Source of the DNA: Candidatus Latescibacterota bacterium
Lineage (GTDB): Bacteria > Latescibacterota > UBA2968 > UBA8231
Direction: 5' to 3'
DNA length: 64,000 nucleotides
Assembly (NCBI GenBank): GCA_965248265.1
Contig: CBDFJF010000002.1
Location: forward strand, 2,880,001-2,944,000
Under the pieces are notes generated by a model, which saw only the letters and a list, made by a program, of their open reading frames with translations, searched no databases and had not been told where the DNA came from. Shown piece by piece: positions 38,950 to 49,283 of the stretch. How positions within the stretch are numbered: the stretch's first letter is position 1; each line of letters opens with the position of its first letter. The position numbers were made by a program, and so were the translations under genes.

Positions 38950-39807
38950 TCAGTCGATCTCCGGATAGTTGAGAGGGTGGCCGCTGATGCCGATCTCGTA
39001 TCGGGTGAGGTGCCAGCGGCCGATGTTGGCACTCAGGAGCACGTCCAGATCGGGGCCACAGAACGCGATGTTGGTGGGGGCGGCGATCAAGGTGCCCTCG
39101 AAGTCTTCGGCGAGAACGTCGATCTTGCCTGCAGGCGTTCTTCGATAGATGATGTCCGGCCGATACATGGAGACGTAGAGATTGTGGTCGCTGTCGAAGG
39201 CGACCCCGTCGGGCACGGTCCGCGGGAACTCTTCGACGGTCTCGAGTGCTCCGGCCGTGCCATCGGCGTTGATTTGGATGCGGTCGACGCGGGGCGGGTT
39301 GACGCTCATGGCGACGTAGAGGGCGTCGCCTTCCGGGCCAAAGCAGAGCCCATTGGGGAACTCCTTTGGCCTGCGGTCCCAAACTTCGGTCGCGCCGCCC
39401 GGCTTGATCTTGTAGATCATGCCGTCATCGTCATGCCAACCCCCGGAAGCACAGACATAGAGGTTGCCACCGGCGTCGAACCCGGGGTAGTTCGGGCACT
39501 TGAAAGGTGCGTCGGCGGTGCCCCTGGAATAAACGGAGACTTCACCGTCGTGAGTAATCTTCATCACTCTGCCATTCTTGGCGTCACAGGCGTAGATGTT
39601 GTGGTCCGCATCAAGGGCAATACCCAGCAGGAACCCACCGGCGTCGGCGATTTTCGCTGAGGTTTTGGCTTCGATGTCGATCCTGTACACCTGCCCGGCC
39701 TCGCCGCCGGCATAGGCAAAGCCATCTCGGCCCCAGGCGATTCCCTCGGGGTGATCGAGCCCTTCTACCAGAACGGATATCTGCGTCTTATTGTCGAGGA
39801 GTGCCAT
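38950..39807 (-). CDS. SMP-30/gluconolactonase family protein
   Basis: DHPEGIAW, CPNY, FPNGL, VPDGVAFD, PTNIAF. Confidence 0.9.
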   Translation of the reverse strand: MALLDNKTQISVLVEGLDHPEGIAWGRDGFAYAGGEAGQVYRIDIEAKTSAKIADAGGFLLGIALDADHNIYACDAKNGRVMKITHDGEVSVYSRGTADAPFKCPNYPGFDAGGNLYVCASGGWHDDDGMIYKIKPGGATEVWDRRPKEFPNGLCFGPEGDALYVAMSVNPPRVDRIQINADGTAGALETVEEFPRTVPDGVAFDSDHNLYVSMYRPDIIYRRTPAGKIDVLAEDFEGTLIAAPTNIAFCGPDLDVLLSANIGRWHLTRYEIGISGHPLNYPEID

Positions 39808-39813
39808 CGGCTC

Positions 39814-40584
39814 CTAGTCCTCCTCTAGCATGAATCCATTGTTGAGGAAAGCCCCATCGATCGGGATCGCTATACCGTTGATCTGCCTGGCCTTATCGCT
39901 GCACAGGAAGAGCACCAGGTCGGCGACCTCTTGCGGGTGCACTTCGCGGCCGGAGGGTGTCCTGTTCAGCCGTGAGGTCCGCAGGTCGGGGTCCCGCTGG
40001 TAGATCGCCTTCGTCGCTGGCGTCAAGACCACACCGGGGCAAATCGCGTTCACGTTGATATTATATCGAGCCCATTCCAGTGATAACACGCCGGCTAGTC
40101 CGACCAATCCCGCTTTGGCCGGGGTGTACGCTCCGCGCTCTGGCATCGGCGCTTTGGCTGCCACCGAGGAGATGAACACGACTCTGCCGCCCGAGCCCTG
40201 TTCAACCAGGTAGCGGCCGATGGTCTTACTGAACAGGAATGCCCCGGTCAGGTGGGTGTCGAGGGTCTTGCTCCAATCCTGGGCGGACAGCTCGAGCACG
40301 GGTGCCTTGATGATGATACCGGCGCAGTGCACGAGGAAGTCGACGCGTCCGAAGTGCTCAATCGTGCGCTCGACTGCCCAGATGACGGATTGCTCTGAGG
40401 TGATTTCGACTTCGACAGCAAATGCATTACTGCCAGTCGTCGTGATTTCGTCGGCTAGTTTGCTGGCTCGCGTTCCATCCATGTCGGCGATGGCCACGCC
40501 GACCCCCTCTTTCGAGAACGCCCGACAAACGGCTGAGCCGATACCACCAGCGCCGCCGGTGACGACGGCCACTCTGTCCTTCAC
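39814..40584 (-). CDS. SDR oxidoreductase
   Basis: TGGAGGIG, YTPAK, NAICPG. Confidence 0.92.
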   Translation of the reverse strand: MKDRVAVVTGGAGGIGSAVCRAFSKEGVGVAIADMDGTRASKLADEITTTGSNAFAVEVEITSEQSVIWAVERTIEHFGRVDFLVHCAGIIIKAPVLELSAQDWSKTLDTHLTGAFLFSKTIGRYLVEQGSGGRVVFISSVAAKAPMPERGAYTPAKAGLVGLAGVLSLEWARYNINVNAICPGVVLTPATKAIYQRDPDLRTSRLNRTPSGREVHPQEVADLVLFLCSDKARQINGIAIPIDGAFLNNGFMLEED

Positions 40585-40747
40585 TACACACCTCTCTCGG
40601 TATAAGTGAAGGGGAGAATATCGGACGTGAGTGATTCCGCCGCGAACGAACGCAATCGGTGGAATATTCCTGGCGCGGGCGAGGCAGCGGAAAGATCTCT
40701 TCGACAGGGTCGAGATTCAGCGGAAGGTTGGTCTGTTGGGGCTCGAT

Positions 40748-42013
40748 CTATTTGGAAACGAGGTAGACCGTGCGTGTTTCGGACACAACCTGTTGGTCAA
40801 CCATGGTTGGGAAGGACTGCTGCAGTGCCGCGAGGAAATTCTCCCGGCAGTAGTCTTCGCGCTCGACGTGGTTGTTGTAATTGATGTGACCGAAATTCTG
40901 GATGGCCGTGTCGTTCGGATCAATCCACTCGATGATGAGGGTTTCGCGGGTGAGCTCGCTGAGGTGGCTCATGCAATTCTCGAAACGGCCATAGAAGGTC
41001 GTGCACGAGAAGATCCAGTGAATGAGTGCCAGGCATATGGTGATGTCGCTGGTCGTGGAGAAGTCCTGCACGTTGGAGTTGATGGGTTCAATGCGATCGA
41101 AGCCGAACTTCGCTTTCACGCGTTCGACCTGCGCCAGGTGGTCTGCATCCATGTCGACGGAGTACACCTTCTCGGCTCCAGCGAACATGGCAGCGAAGCT
41201 GAAGAAACCGTTGGCACAGCCCAGGTCGTTGACTGTCTTTCCCTGGATGTTGGCGGGTTGGAAGTAGGACAGCAGTGCCTGGCTCTTCGGCGAGGTGAAG
41301 TTGCCGCCTAGAGGATTCAGGCTGTGGGCATCGATCTCGTAACACTGATAGCCCTCCACCACCGCCTGGTCATCGCTTTCCGAATACTCCAGCTTGCCGG
41401 CGAACATGTTTGGTGTGTGGCAGAACTGCATGGGCTCTGCGTCGATTGCAGGCTCCGTCGTTCCGAGCTGGGACAGCCCGCCGGCATCCACGTATTCTCC
41501 ATTCTCGAGCACGCAACAGACTGATCGCATGATGGCGAATGAATCGTTGAGGCTGCTGCGACGCTTGAGAGCAAACTCCTCGCCCAGTGCCGCTGGCCAG
41601 TGCGCCGGATGAGGAGCACCGTACTGAGTGGCCCAGGCGAAGTCGCAAAGACTCAGCCTGCCATTCAGTACCAGCAGCTCGCTGGGTTTGATATCATTAT
41701 GGGCGCAATCGAAAGCCCGCAGACTCAGGATGATCGTCCGAATCTGTATATCCCAATCAGCAGGGAGGTTGTCGCGCGTTAAGCGCTCGCCCGCGTAGGC
41801 CGTGACAATGGTTTTGGTCTCATTGTCGACCTGAATCAGGTTGGGCACGAACGGCACATCGGCCAGTTGCTGTAGCCAGTAGACCTCACGTTCGAACACT
41901 CCGTAATCCAGCCACTCCGTGACTCTCTTCATGACGATGCCGGCATCGCGATCGATGGCGATATCGGAGTACTTGCATTGGATGAAGGGTTGGCCTTGCA
42001 GCATTGAAGTCAT
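40748..42013 (-). CDS. Protein-kinase-like domain fused to class I SAM methyltransferase
   Basis: VMK..FERE..HNDIKPSE..CDFAWA (kinase), then DLGCANGFFS..VDMD..LALIHW..LIIEW (methyltransferase). Confidence 0.8.
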   Translation of the reverse strand: MTSMLQGQPFIQCKYSDIAIDRDAGIVMKRVTEWLDYGVFEREVYWLQQLADVPFVPNLIQVDNETKTIVTAYAGERLTRDNLPADWDIQIRTIILSLRAFDCAHNDIKPSELLVLNGRLSLCDFAWATQYGAPHPAHWPAALGEEFALKRRSSLNDSFAIMRSVCCVLENGEYVDAGGLSQLGTTEPAIDAEPMQFCHTPNMFAGKLEYSESDDQAVVEGYQCYEIDAHSLNPLGGNFTSPKSQALLSYFQPANIQGKTVNDLGCANGFFSFAAMFAGAEKVYSVDMDADHLAQVERVKAKFGFDRIEPINSNVQDFSTTSDITICLALIHWIFSCTTFYGRFENCMSHLSELTRETLIIEWIDPNDTAIQNFGHINYNNHVEREDYCRENFLAALQQSFPTMVDQQVVSETRTVYLVSK

Positions 42014-42360
42014 GAAACCTTATGTGAGTTCGGGTGCCAGATTGATTGGCAGAAGACTGCCATCATGGGAAGGATCTATACCCTTCACATCGACCGAGGC
42101 GGCAGTTTTCTCCAGTGACTGTTAGTGCGGGTCCGTCCTAAGCGTTCGTCTATATCACTTAACTATAAATGTTTATAGATAGTTACACTTGTGTCGATTG
42201 CCGGGTGTGCGGACGGTCACTGTAGAAGAAGCAAACAAAGGGCCAGTGCCGGGGAAGGGGAATGGCCGGCGAAAACGTATATACGTTGTCAATACGAATT
42301 GCGGTACGGTCGTCGCTCTTTTTGCAGGACTCCGAAATACTCCAGGACTGTCAGGGCATT

Positions 42361-43434
42361 CTAGGTGTAGAAGAAACGGCTGCGGCCGCCGACGGAGGTG
42401 AACAACTGGTAAGGGATAGTATCGGCATGTTCGGCCACGCGTTCAGCAGGCAAACCGTCCCCCCAGAGCAGGGCGGTTGAGCCAACCCCAGTACCCGGGT
42501 GGTCGGTCAAATCCACGGTGATCATGTCCATGGAAACGCGGCCGACGAGCGGCACCGTCTTTCCATCGACGACGACGGGTGTGCCGTTGGGTGCATGGCG
42601 GGGATAACCGTCGGCGTACCCGAAGGCAACGGTGCCGATGCGTGATTTGCGTTCGCTGCGCCAAGTACCGTTGTAACCGACGGCCTCACCCACCTCGATA
42701 TCGTGCACAGCGATGATCCGGCTCTGCAGCTGCATGACAGGACGCAACTGCCTGCTGAGGTTGTTGGCTTCGGAAAGGGGGTCGGCTCCGTAGAGCATGA
42801 TGCCGGGCCGGATCCACTCGGCATGGCTATGCTTGCAAGAAAGGATGGCCGCGGAGTTGGCGAGACTCCTGTCGACACCTGACAGGTTACTGGTTGCCCG
42901 CGAAAACTGCTTCAACTGGCTCTCGGTTGCGGTACTCTCATCTTCATCCGCTGACGAGAAGTGCGTCATCAGCCGAACTTCATCCACGTGCGGGCAGGCG
43001 CTGAGCTGGCCGTGAATGCGGCTGCAATCATCGGGCGGAATGCCGAGCCGATGCATCCCAGTGTCGAGCTTCAGCCATATCACCATGTGGGGAATACCGG
43101 CAGCCGCCGACATCGCTTCGATGCCCGTGGCGTCATGGACGACTGGCTGGAACCCGTGCTCGGCACAGGCTTCGACCTTCTCAGCATCCAACATTTCGCT
43201 GAGTACGACGACCGGTTCGTCGATGTCCGCCTGTCGCAGTTGCAGGGCCTCCTCCAGTCGGGCCACCGCATAGGCATCCGCTTGCGAAAGGGCCGCTGCT
43301 ACTTCGACAGCACCGTGGCCGTAGGCGTCGGCCTTGATGACGGCCATAATGTTGCTGCTCGGCGCCGCCTGGCGCGCGATGGCGAGGTTGTGGCGCAAGG
43401 CCTCAGCGCTGATTGTGGCCGTGACGAGAGACAT
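42361..43434 (-). CDS. alr: Alanine racemase
   Basis: AVIKADAYGHG (PLP lysine), KLDTGMHRLG, RPGIMLYG, GYADGYPR, GRVSMDM. Confidence 0.97.
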   Translation of the reverse strand: MSLVTATISAEALRHNLAIARQAAPSSNIMAVIKADAYGHGAVEVAAALSQADAYAVARLEEALQLRQADIDEPVVVLSEMLDAEKVEACAEHGFQPVVHDATGIEAMSAAAGIPHMVIWLKLDTGMHRLGIPPDDCSRIHGQLSACPHVDEVRLMTHFSSADEDESTATESQLKQFSRATSNLSGVDRSLANSAAILSCKHSHAEWIRPGIMLYGADPLSEANNLSRQLRPVMQLQSRIIAVHDIEVGEAVGYNGTWRSERKSRIGTVAFGYADGYPRHAPNGTPVVVDGKTVPLVGRVSMDMITVDLTDHPGTGVGSTALLWGDGLPAERVAEHADTIPYQLFTSVGGRSRFFYT

Positions 43435-43461
43435 GGCGGTATGAGCTCAGCGTCGCGGGCT

Positions 43462-44327
43462 TCAGCTCTGTCTCGGGATGGGCGTGCCGGCCGTCTTCAT
43501 GCGCACACTGTACACGGAGGTCATCGCCCCGACGAAGAGGGTGCGATTATCATCTCCGCCCCAGCCCATGTTGACGGATTGCTCTGGTAGACGGATTACA
43601 CCCAGTGAGGTACCATCCGGATCGATGGCGTAGATGCCTCCAGGACCGGTGCAGTAGACGCGCCCTTCCACATCCACCTTGACGCCATCCGGCACACCCG
43701 GTTCACCGGTGTCGGGGAAGTCGAAGAATCGACGCTGGTTGGACAAAGAGCCGTCCGCTTCGACGTCGAAGGCGTCCAGGAGCGCATCGGGACGGGTGTT
43801 CACCAGGTAGAAGGTCTTCTCGTCGGGAGAAAAGGCCAGGCCGTTCGGGTCCACGTAGGGATAGACCACCTGGTGCACTTCACCGTTCGGGGCAATTCGG
43901 TAGACCCCGTTGTGCACGAGATCCTGCTCATCCGGCTCCAGTCCCGCGGCCCCTCTATTCGTGAAATATAGGCTACCGTCGGAAGTCCCGACGACGTCAT
44001 TGGGGCGGTTCAAGCGCTTGTCGCCGAAATGCGTCGCGATGGGGGTGACGGTGCCATCGGCGTCCATTCGCGTAACCTGTCTGGTGATTTGCTCGCAGGC
44101 GATCAGACGACCCTGCAGGTCCAGGGTCAGTCCCGTGGCCCGCCCGGTGTTGTCGCGTACCAACTCTTTCTCCTGGCCGGGTACAACCTTCCAGATCTCG
44201 TGGGGGTCGCCGATTTCCGTGAACATGACGAAGCCCCGCGGATCCCACACCGGGCCCTCGGTGAACTGAACCCAGTGGCGATCTGCTCCGGGGCTGATTC
44301 GACAAGATCGTGCAAGCCTTCCGTCAT
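43462..44327 (-). pseudogene. SMP-30/gluconolactonase with a 1-bp deletion near 44268 (or sequencing error)
   Basis: Strong RBS and MTEGLHDLVESAPEQIATGF. Adding one C restores QFTEGPVWD. Downstream RPND, PNGLAFSPD, PDG. The 866 bp span is 3n+2. Confidence 0.85.
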
Positions 44328-44358
44328 CCTACCTCTCCTTTGGTTCCATGGCCCCCAG

Positions 44359-45396
44359 TCATTCGGGTAGTTCGATGAACCGCAGCCGGTCATCCGCCGC
44401 GATATCCTTACCGCTGATCTTCTGCACTCGGGAAAGCCGGCCCCCGATGACATCGACGACTTCGACGACGGCAACCGGCAAGGCCGGGTCGAGGACATTA
44501 TTCAGTGCTCGGGCGCGCCCGGGCAATACGTGGAAGCGGTATCCCTGGTGCACGCCATTCTTGCTACCGATGTTGATGAAGATTTCCTCGCCCTCGACGG
44601 AGAGGATGTTGGCCCCTTCGCCCTCAATCTTGACGCCCGAGGGACGAATCGCATAGTCCAGACCATCCGCGAGCGCGGCGAAGGCTTCCGCCGTTGCCTG
44701 ACCAACCGCTGTTTCCAAGAAATCCGCCGAGCCGAAGTCCATCGTCCTCAGACCCACGAATTCCAGGTCCTGCTTTCGAGGACGGCCCAACAGATCGAGT
44801 CCCAATCCGCGATCGAGGACTTCAGACCTTTCGTTCACCTTGTCGAGGGGGACTCGATCACGCACGCGCAACAAGGTGACCTCCAATTCGGTTGTTCCCT
44901 TAAACGACTTATAGCCGCCCAACATGGCGTCACCCGCCTGCAACCGCTGGAAATTGTAGTCGAGCAAGGTTCCCCGACCGACATAGTCCGCATTTAACAG
45001 CTCGCCCACATCGCATGCCTCGTCGTTATTGTGCACGCGCGATCCCGTGGAGGCCAGCGCGTCGAGGACGACGTCATACGGGACGAGTCGCCATCGTTGC
45101 TGCTTCTCCATCTCCGTGGTCAGCAAACCCGGAACTTCGTCCTCCATGTCCCATCCATCGTGCTGGAACCCCGAATCATCCACGAAAGGCAGCAGGGCGA
45201 TGTAGGGCCGGTAAGCCCCGGTCGTATCTGGCACAGCCTCACGCTCGCTCAGGTACTGTTGCAGGACTGCTCCGATATTCTCATCCGCGGTTGCTGGTTT
45301 GGCAGAGGGGTCAGAGAGCAGTGTGGACAAGCTGGCACAGCTGATACCCAGAAGCCCCAGCATGATGGCGGGGATGCACTCACGCAGATGTGGCAT
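44359..45396 (-). CDS. CsgG/HfaB/FlgT-like lipoprotein
   Basis: GISC lipobox, IALLPF, GELLNADYVGRGTL, and FlgT-C-like IFINIGSKNGVHQG. Confidence 0.65.
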   Translation of the reverse strand: MPHLRECIPAIMLGLLGISCASLSTLLSDPSAKPATADENIGAVLQQYLSEREAVPDTTGAYRPYIALLPFVDDSGFQHDGWDMEDEVPGLLTTEMEKQQRWRLVPYDVVLDALASTGSRVHNNDEACDVGELLNADYVGRGTLLDYNFQRLQAGDAMLGGYKSFKGTTELEVTLLRVRDRVPLDKVNERSEVLDRGLGLDLLGRPRKQDLEFVGLRTMDFGSADFLETAVGQATAEAFAALADGLDYAIRPSGVKIEGEGANILSVEGEEIFINIGSKNGVHQGYRFHVLPGRARALNNVLDPALPVAVVEVVDVIGGRLSRVQKISGKDIAADDRLRFIELPE

Positions 45397-45594
45397 AGTT
45401 GGGATCGGTCGTTAGGGTGAAAGGCCTGCCAGTGGCGGCTGCAGGGATGTAAATGAAGAAACTACAACAGGTTTGAGTCAAATCCTGTCGTTGACCCCAT
45501 CCACGACTGCGGTGAACTTTGGCGATCTCCAACGGAAGAGCCATCAAACGGACGAGGCATACTACTGTTGCAATTCCGACAATTACCGAGGGGA

Positions 45595-47949
45595 ATGAGG
45601 CTGGGGATTGTGCGGTTGAAGCTGTCATGTGTGGGTGTGGGAGTGTGGGTGATGCTCGTGGTGGTGGCTGGGAACGCAGCTGCGATCGAGAGGCCAACCC
45701 TGTCTGTTCCTGCTGATCTTCCCTCGCACTACGGGCTGCTCGGCGTCAGGATCGAGGCTGCCGGGGACACGGCAGTCGTGGTCGCTTCTACCATGCATGA
45801 CAGCCCTGCCGCAAGAGCCGGTTTGCGCCCAGGGGATCTGATCCTTGCCGCGGCCCAGTACCGAATCACCCAACCCAAGGATCTGTCCAGGTTCATACGA
45901 AGTCTGGAGCCTGACACGGAGGTTTCGCTGCTGATTGAGCGCAAAACTGAGCCCCCTGCCGTCAGCGAGCACCTGACAATTCCGTGCGTGGTCACGCATG
46001 TGAAGCGACTCTACTCGTTGATGAACGAGCATGGAACCGGATCGCCGGCGCAGGATCGTCCCCGCCATCTGCAATGGCTGGTGGCGCAAGATTCCCTGGA
46101 GATCACAGCCCTGAGTGTAGTAAGCCCGAGTCATACCCGGACCCTGGCGGATTTGCACCGGGCACTGGCCTTCGAGAGCGATCGCTACGGAGCCGATCTG
46201 CGCCTGTCCGATGTTCAGTTGGCACTGACCCGTCCACTGAAGGTCACGGCCATGGCCGACGAGCTATCGCGGGAAGTCTCCGGTCTTACCGATCTGAGTG
46301 CATACCTGCGACTTGCAACCGAAAGACTGGATCTGGAAACGGATTATGGGCACGCGCAGGACTCGATCGCGGACACTCTGGCTCTCGAGATGTTCAATCA
46401 ATCTGAGGGGCTCAAGGAGCTGACGCGCGAGTTGATGGTGCCATTCGTGCGAGCCCGCTGGCATGCTGAATCTGCATTCGATAACCTGTCCGACCAGGAA
46501 CATGAGAGCTTGCTGCGTCAGGTGCCGGCACTGTTGACCGAGTTCACACGCACGCGGGTCCTGGATGAAGGAGACAGTTCGACGACGGTCCTGCATGCGG
46601 GAACCTTGCGTCTTGCCAAGAGAGTGGATACAGCCGCACTTTTCGCCGCCGCAAGAGTCCTGGCGACACTGACTGAGCCAGCCGTGATGAAGCGGATCCG
46701 CAAGGCAGCGCGGTCGTTGCCTGCCGACGAAGTCGCCGATCTGCCCCCAACGTTTGGTGGGGAGTTTCTGTTCGCACGTGAGACCAAACGTGGTTGGATC
46801 CTCATCGGCGGTGACGGAGATAATTTCTACGGTGAGGATGCCGCCCTCATTATCGATCTGGGTGGCGACGATATCTATCTGAACAACTGTGGTGGCACCC
46901 TGTTCATCGCTGCCGAAGGCGAAGTCACCTATGAGCAGCAGTCTGCAGTCGGATTGCTGATCGATTTCGATGGAAACGACGAGTACGTCGGCAATGGCTG
47001 GGGGAGCATGGGAGCAGCCATCGGGGGCGTCAGCTTTCTAATCGATTTAAGGGGCGACGATTCTTACAGCGGCAGTTGGCTGACCCAGGGCTCGGCTTTC
47101 GGCGGCGTCGGCGTGCTGTGGGATCAAGAGGGTGATGACCGCTACAGCGCACGACAACCGGCACAGGCCGCCGCTTTCTTTGGTGCCGGCTTGCTGCTCG
47201 ATGGCTCAGGCACCGATCATTACGCGGCAGCCGAACAAGCCCAGGGCTTCGGAGGCGCAGCCGGCTTCGGTCTGCTGCATGATCGACGGGGTGATGACCG
47301 TTACATGGCCGATCGCGCAGCGCCTTCTTCCTACGGATCGGCCGGCATCTACCAGGGTTGGTCCCAGGGTGTGGGCTGCGGTTTTCGCCGCTCGGCGTCC
47401 GGAGGCATCGGAGCGCTAATCGACGGTGCAGGTGACGACGACTACCAGGCGGGCAATTTTTCGCAAGGGACCGGCTATTTCTTCGGTCTGGGCATGCTCG
47501 TCGATCGAGATGGAGATGATCGCTACAGGTCGAGTCGCTACAGTCAGGGATCAGCCGCCCACCAGGCTGTCGGCTGCTTGCTGGATATCAATGGTGACGA
47601 CGAGTACTTCGCCCGACAGGTCGCTAACCAGGGCGCTGCGTGGGATGCGGCGGTGGGTATTCTTGAAGATCGAGCCGGCGATGATGACTACCAGGGTGGG
47701 GGATTGGCCCAGGGAGCTGCTTCCATGAACGGCGTCGGTGTTCTCTTCGACTGGGCTGGGTCGGATCGTTACCGGGCCGTCAATGGCCAGGGAAGAGGCG
47801 GCAGTGTCGAGTACTGGGGCGGGCGCGATGCGCTCAACCTCGGAATCCTGATCGATACCGGAGGAGGGTCCGACAGCTACTCAGAGAAGGGACGCGGCGA
47901 TAACGCCGAGCAAGACTCCTCGAAGGTGGGTCTGTTCATGGATCGTTGA
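45595..47949 (+). CDS. Secreted PDZ-domain protein with many DxxGDDxY/QG repeats
   Basis: Signal peptide, DSPAARAGLRPGDLI (PDZ), more than 10 repeats of L.DxxG.DxY. Confidence 0.8.
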   Translation: MRLGIVRLKLSCVGVGVWVMLVVVAGNAAAIERPTLSVPADLPSHYGLLGVRIEAAGDTAVVVASTMHDSPAARAGLRPGDLILAAAQYRITQPKDLSRFIRSLEPDTEVSLLIERKTEPPAVSEHLTIPCVVTHVKRLYSLMNEHGTGSPAQDRPRHLQWLVAQDSLEITALSVVSPSHTRTLADLHRALAFESDRYGADLRLSDVQLALTRPLKVTAMADELSREVSGLTDLSAYLRLATERLDLETDYGHAQDSIADTLALEMFNQSEGLKELTRELMVPFVRARWHAESAFDNLSDQEHESLLRQVPALLTEFTRTRVLDEGDSSTTVLHAGTLRLAKRVDTAALFAAARVLATLTEPAVMKRIRKAARSLPADEVADLPPTFGGEFLFARETKRGWILIGGDGDNFYGEDAALIIDLGGDDIYLNNCGGTLFIAAEGEVTYEQQSAVGLLIDFDGNDEYVGNGWGSMGAAIGGVSFLIDLRGDDSYSGSWLTQGSAFGGVGVLWDQEGDDRYSARQPAQAAAFFGAGLLLDGSGTDHYAAAEQAQGFGGAAGFGLLHDRRGDDRYMADRAAPSSYGSAGIYQGWSQGVGCGFRRSASGGIGALIDGAGDDDYQAGNFSQGTGYFFGLGMLVDRDGDDRYRSSRYSQGSAAHQAVGCLLDINGDDEYFARQVANQGAAWDAAVGILEDRAGDDDYQGGGLAQGAASMNGVGVLFDWAGSDRYRAVNGQGRGGSVEYWGGRDALNLGILIDTGGGSDSYSEKGRGDNAEQDSSKVGLFMDR

Positions 47950-47993
47950 GGTTTTTGCACCGCCCACGTCGATATCACTTTCACATTCACGGC

Positions 47994-48977
47994 ATGAACA
48001 GGGCTAAGGATCGGATGAGAATATCAGTTTGGGGAAGTCTGGAAGACTCCTACTTGAAAGCCGTCACACAGATGGGAGCAGATTGTCTGGATTTCGGCAG
48101 TGGCAACAGCTTCCCGGGGGTAACGGAACAGGGTTATCCCGACCTCGACGAATTGGTGAGAATCAAGAGGAAGATTCACTCGTATGGACTGGAGATTAAC
48201 CGGGTTACCCTGCCCGATATCACCGACGCCTTCATGAAAGGGACCGACGAAGGGGAGGTCGAGCTCGAAAATACCTGCAACGCGCTCAAGGTGTTCGCGG
48301 AAGCAGGTGCGCCGATCGCGCGGCAGCGTTTTGCCGGTGACACCTTCAATGACCAACTCCTCCAATTCCAGGCCCCCCACCGCGGCGGCTACATGTCGCG
48401 GGCAGACAGCCTGGGGTTGAAGCGCGACAAGCCGGAGTTGCCCTCAGCAGAAGATTTGGAATTCTGGTGGAAATGTTTCTGCCGTATCTACGAGGGCCTT
48501 GTACCCATCGCCGAAGAGCACAACATCAGACTGGCAATGCATCCCTCCGATTCACCGCTACCGGATACCCCGCTAGGTGGCCTGGGGTTCCATCGCGTCA
48601 TCGACGGCTTCCCGAGCCGCAAGGTCGGTTATCTCTATTGTTGCGGCACCCGGGCCGAAGCCGGCGGTCTGCCGCTCGTCCTGGATGAGATTCACAACTA
48701 CGCCCGCAAGGGCCGCATTTTCATGGTTCATCTGCGCAACGTGCGCGGCAGCTTCGCCACAGCTGGTGGGTTCGAGGAAGTTCTGCTGGACGACGGTGAT
48801 ATGAACATGTTCAAGATCCTGTTGGAGCTGGACAAGCAGGGTTTCGATGGCTGCGTCAATCCCGACCACATACCGGACATCGAAGGGGATGGTCCGAACG
48901 TGTCGCAGGGATTGGGGTACTCGATCGGCTACATCAAGGCCTTGTTTGCCGCGCTGGCTGTGGTTCGGGGGAGGTAG
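47994..48977 (+). CDS. Mannonate dehydratase (UxuA)-like protein
   Basis: LAMHPSD, YCCGT, VHLRNVRG, FEEVLLDDGDMNM, PDH, YSIGYIKAL. Confidence 0.85.
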   Translation: MNRAKDRMRISVWGSLEDSYLKAVTQMGADCLDFGSGNSFPGVTEQGYPDLDELVRIKRKIHSYGLEINRVTLPDITDAFMKGTDEGEVELENTCNALKVFAEAGAPIARQRFAGDTFNDQLLQFQAPHRGGYMSRADSLGLKRDKPELPSAEDLEFWWKCFCRIYEGLVPIAEEHNIRLAMHPSDSPLPDTPLGGLGFHRVIDGFPSRKVGYLYCCGTRAEAGGLPLVLDEIHNYARKGRIFMVHLRNVRGSFATAGGFEEVLLDDGDMNMFKILLELDKQGFDGCVNPDHIPDIEGDGPNVSQGLGYSIGYIKALFAALAVVRGR

Positions 48978-48983
48978 TGGGGC

Positions 48984-49283
48984 ATGTTGTTAGTCGAGAT
49001 GGCATCGCCGGAAGTCTGCCGGAGAGACGGAGACCTCGATGATGATGGTGATCCGACCCGACCTGGTACGTGAGGACAAGCTCGATGCCGACGGTGAGCG
49101 TCCAGGCATGCGGGTTGATGGCGTCAGCTCCTACCATCGCTTCGACCAGCGCACTGCCCACGGCGGGGTTGGCGATCCGACCGTGGCACGGCGGAGAAAG
49201 GCGAGCGCATGTTGGAGGCCTCAGCGGCTGAGGTAGCCGAACAGGTGCTGCAGGTCAGGAAGCTGAAGCCGTTCGCGCGATGA
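48984..49283 (+). pseudogene. Creatininase-family remnant with a large internal deletion and a frameshift
   Basis: MLLVEMASPEV joined out of frame to AGETETSMMMVIRPDLVR...GGVGDPTVA / TAEKGERMLEA. Confidence 0.75.
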
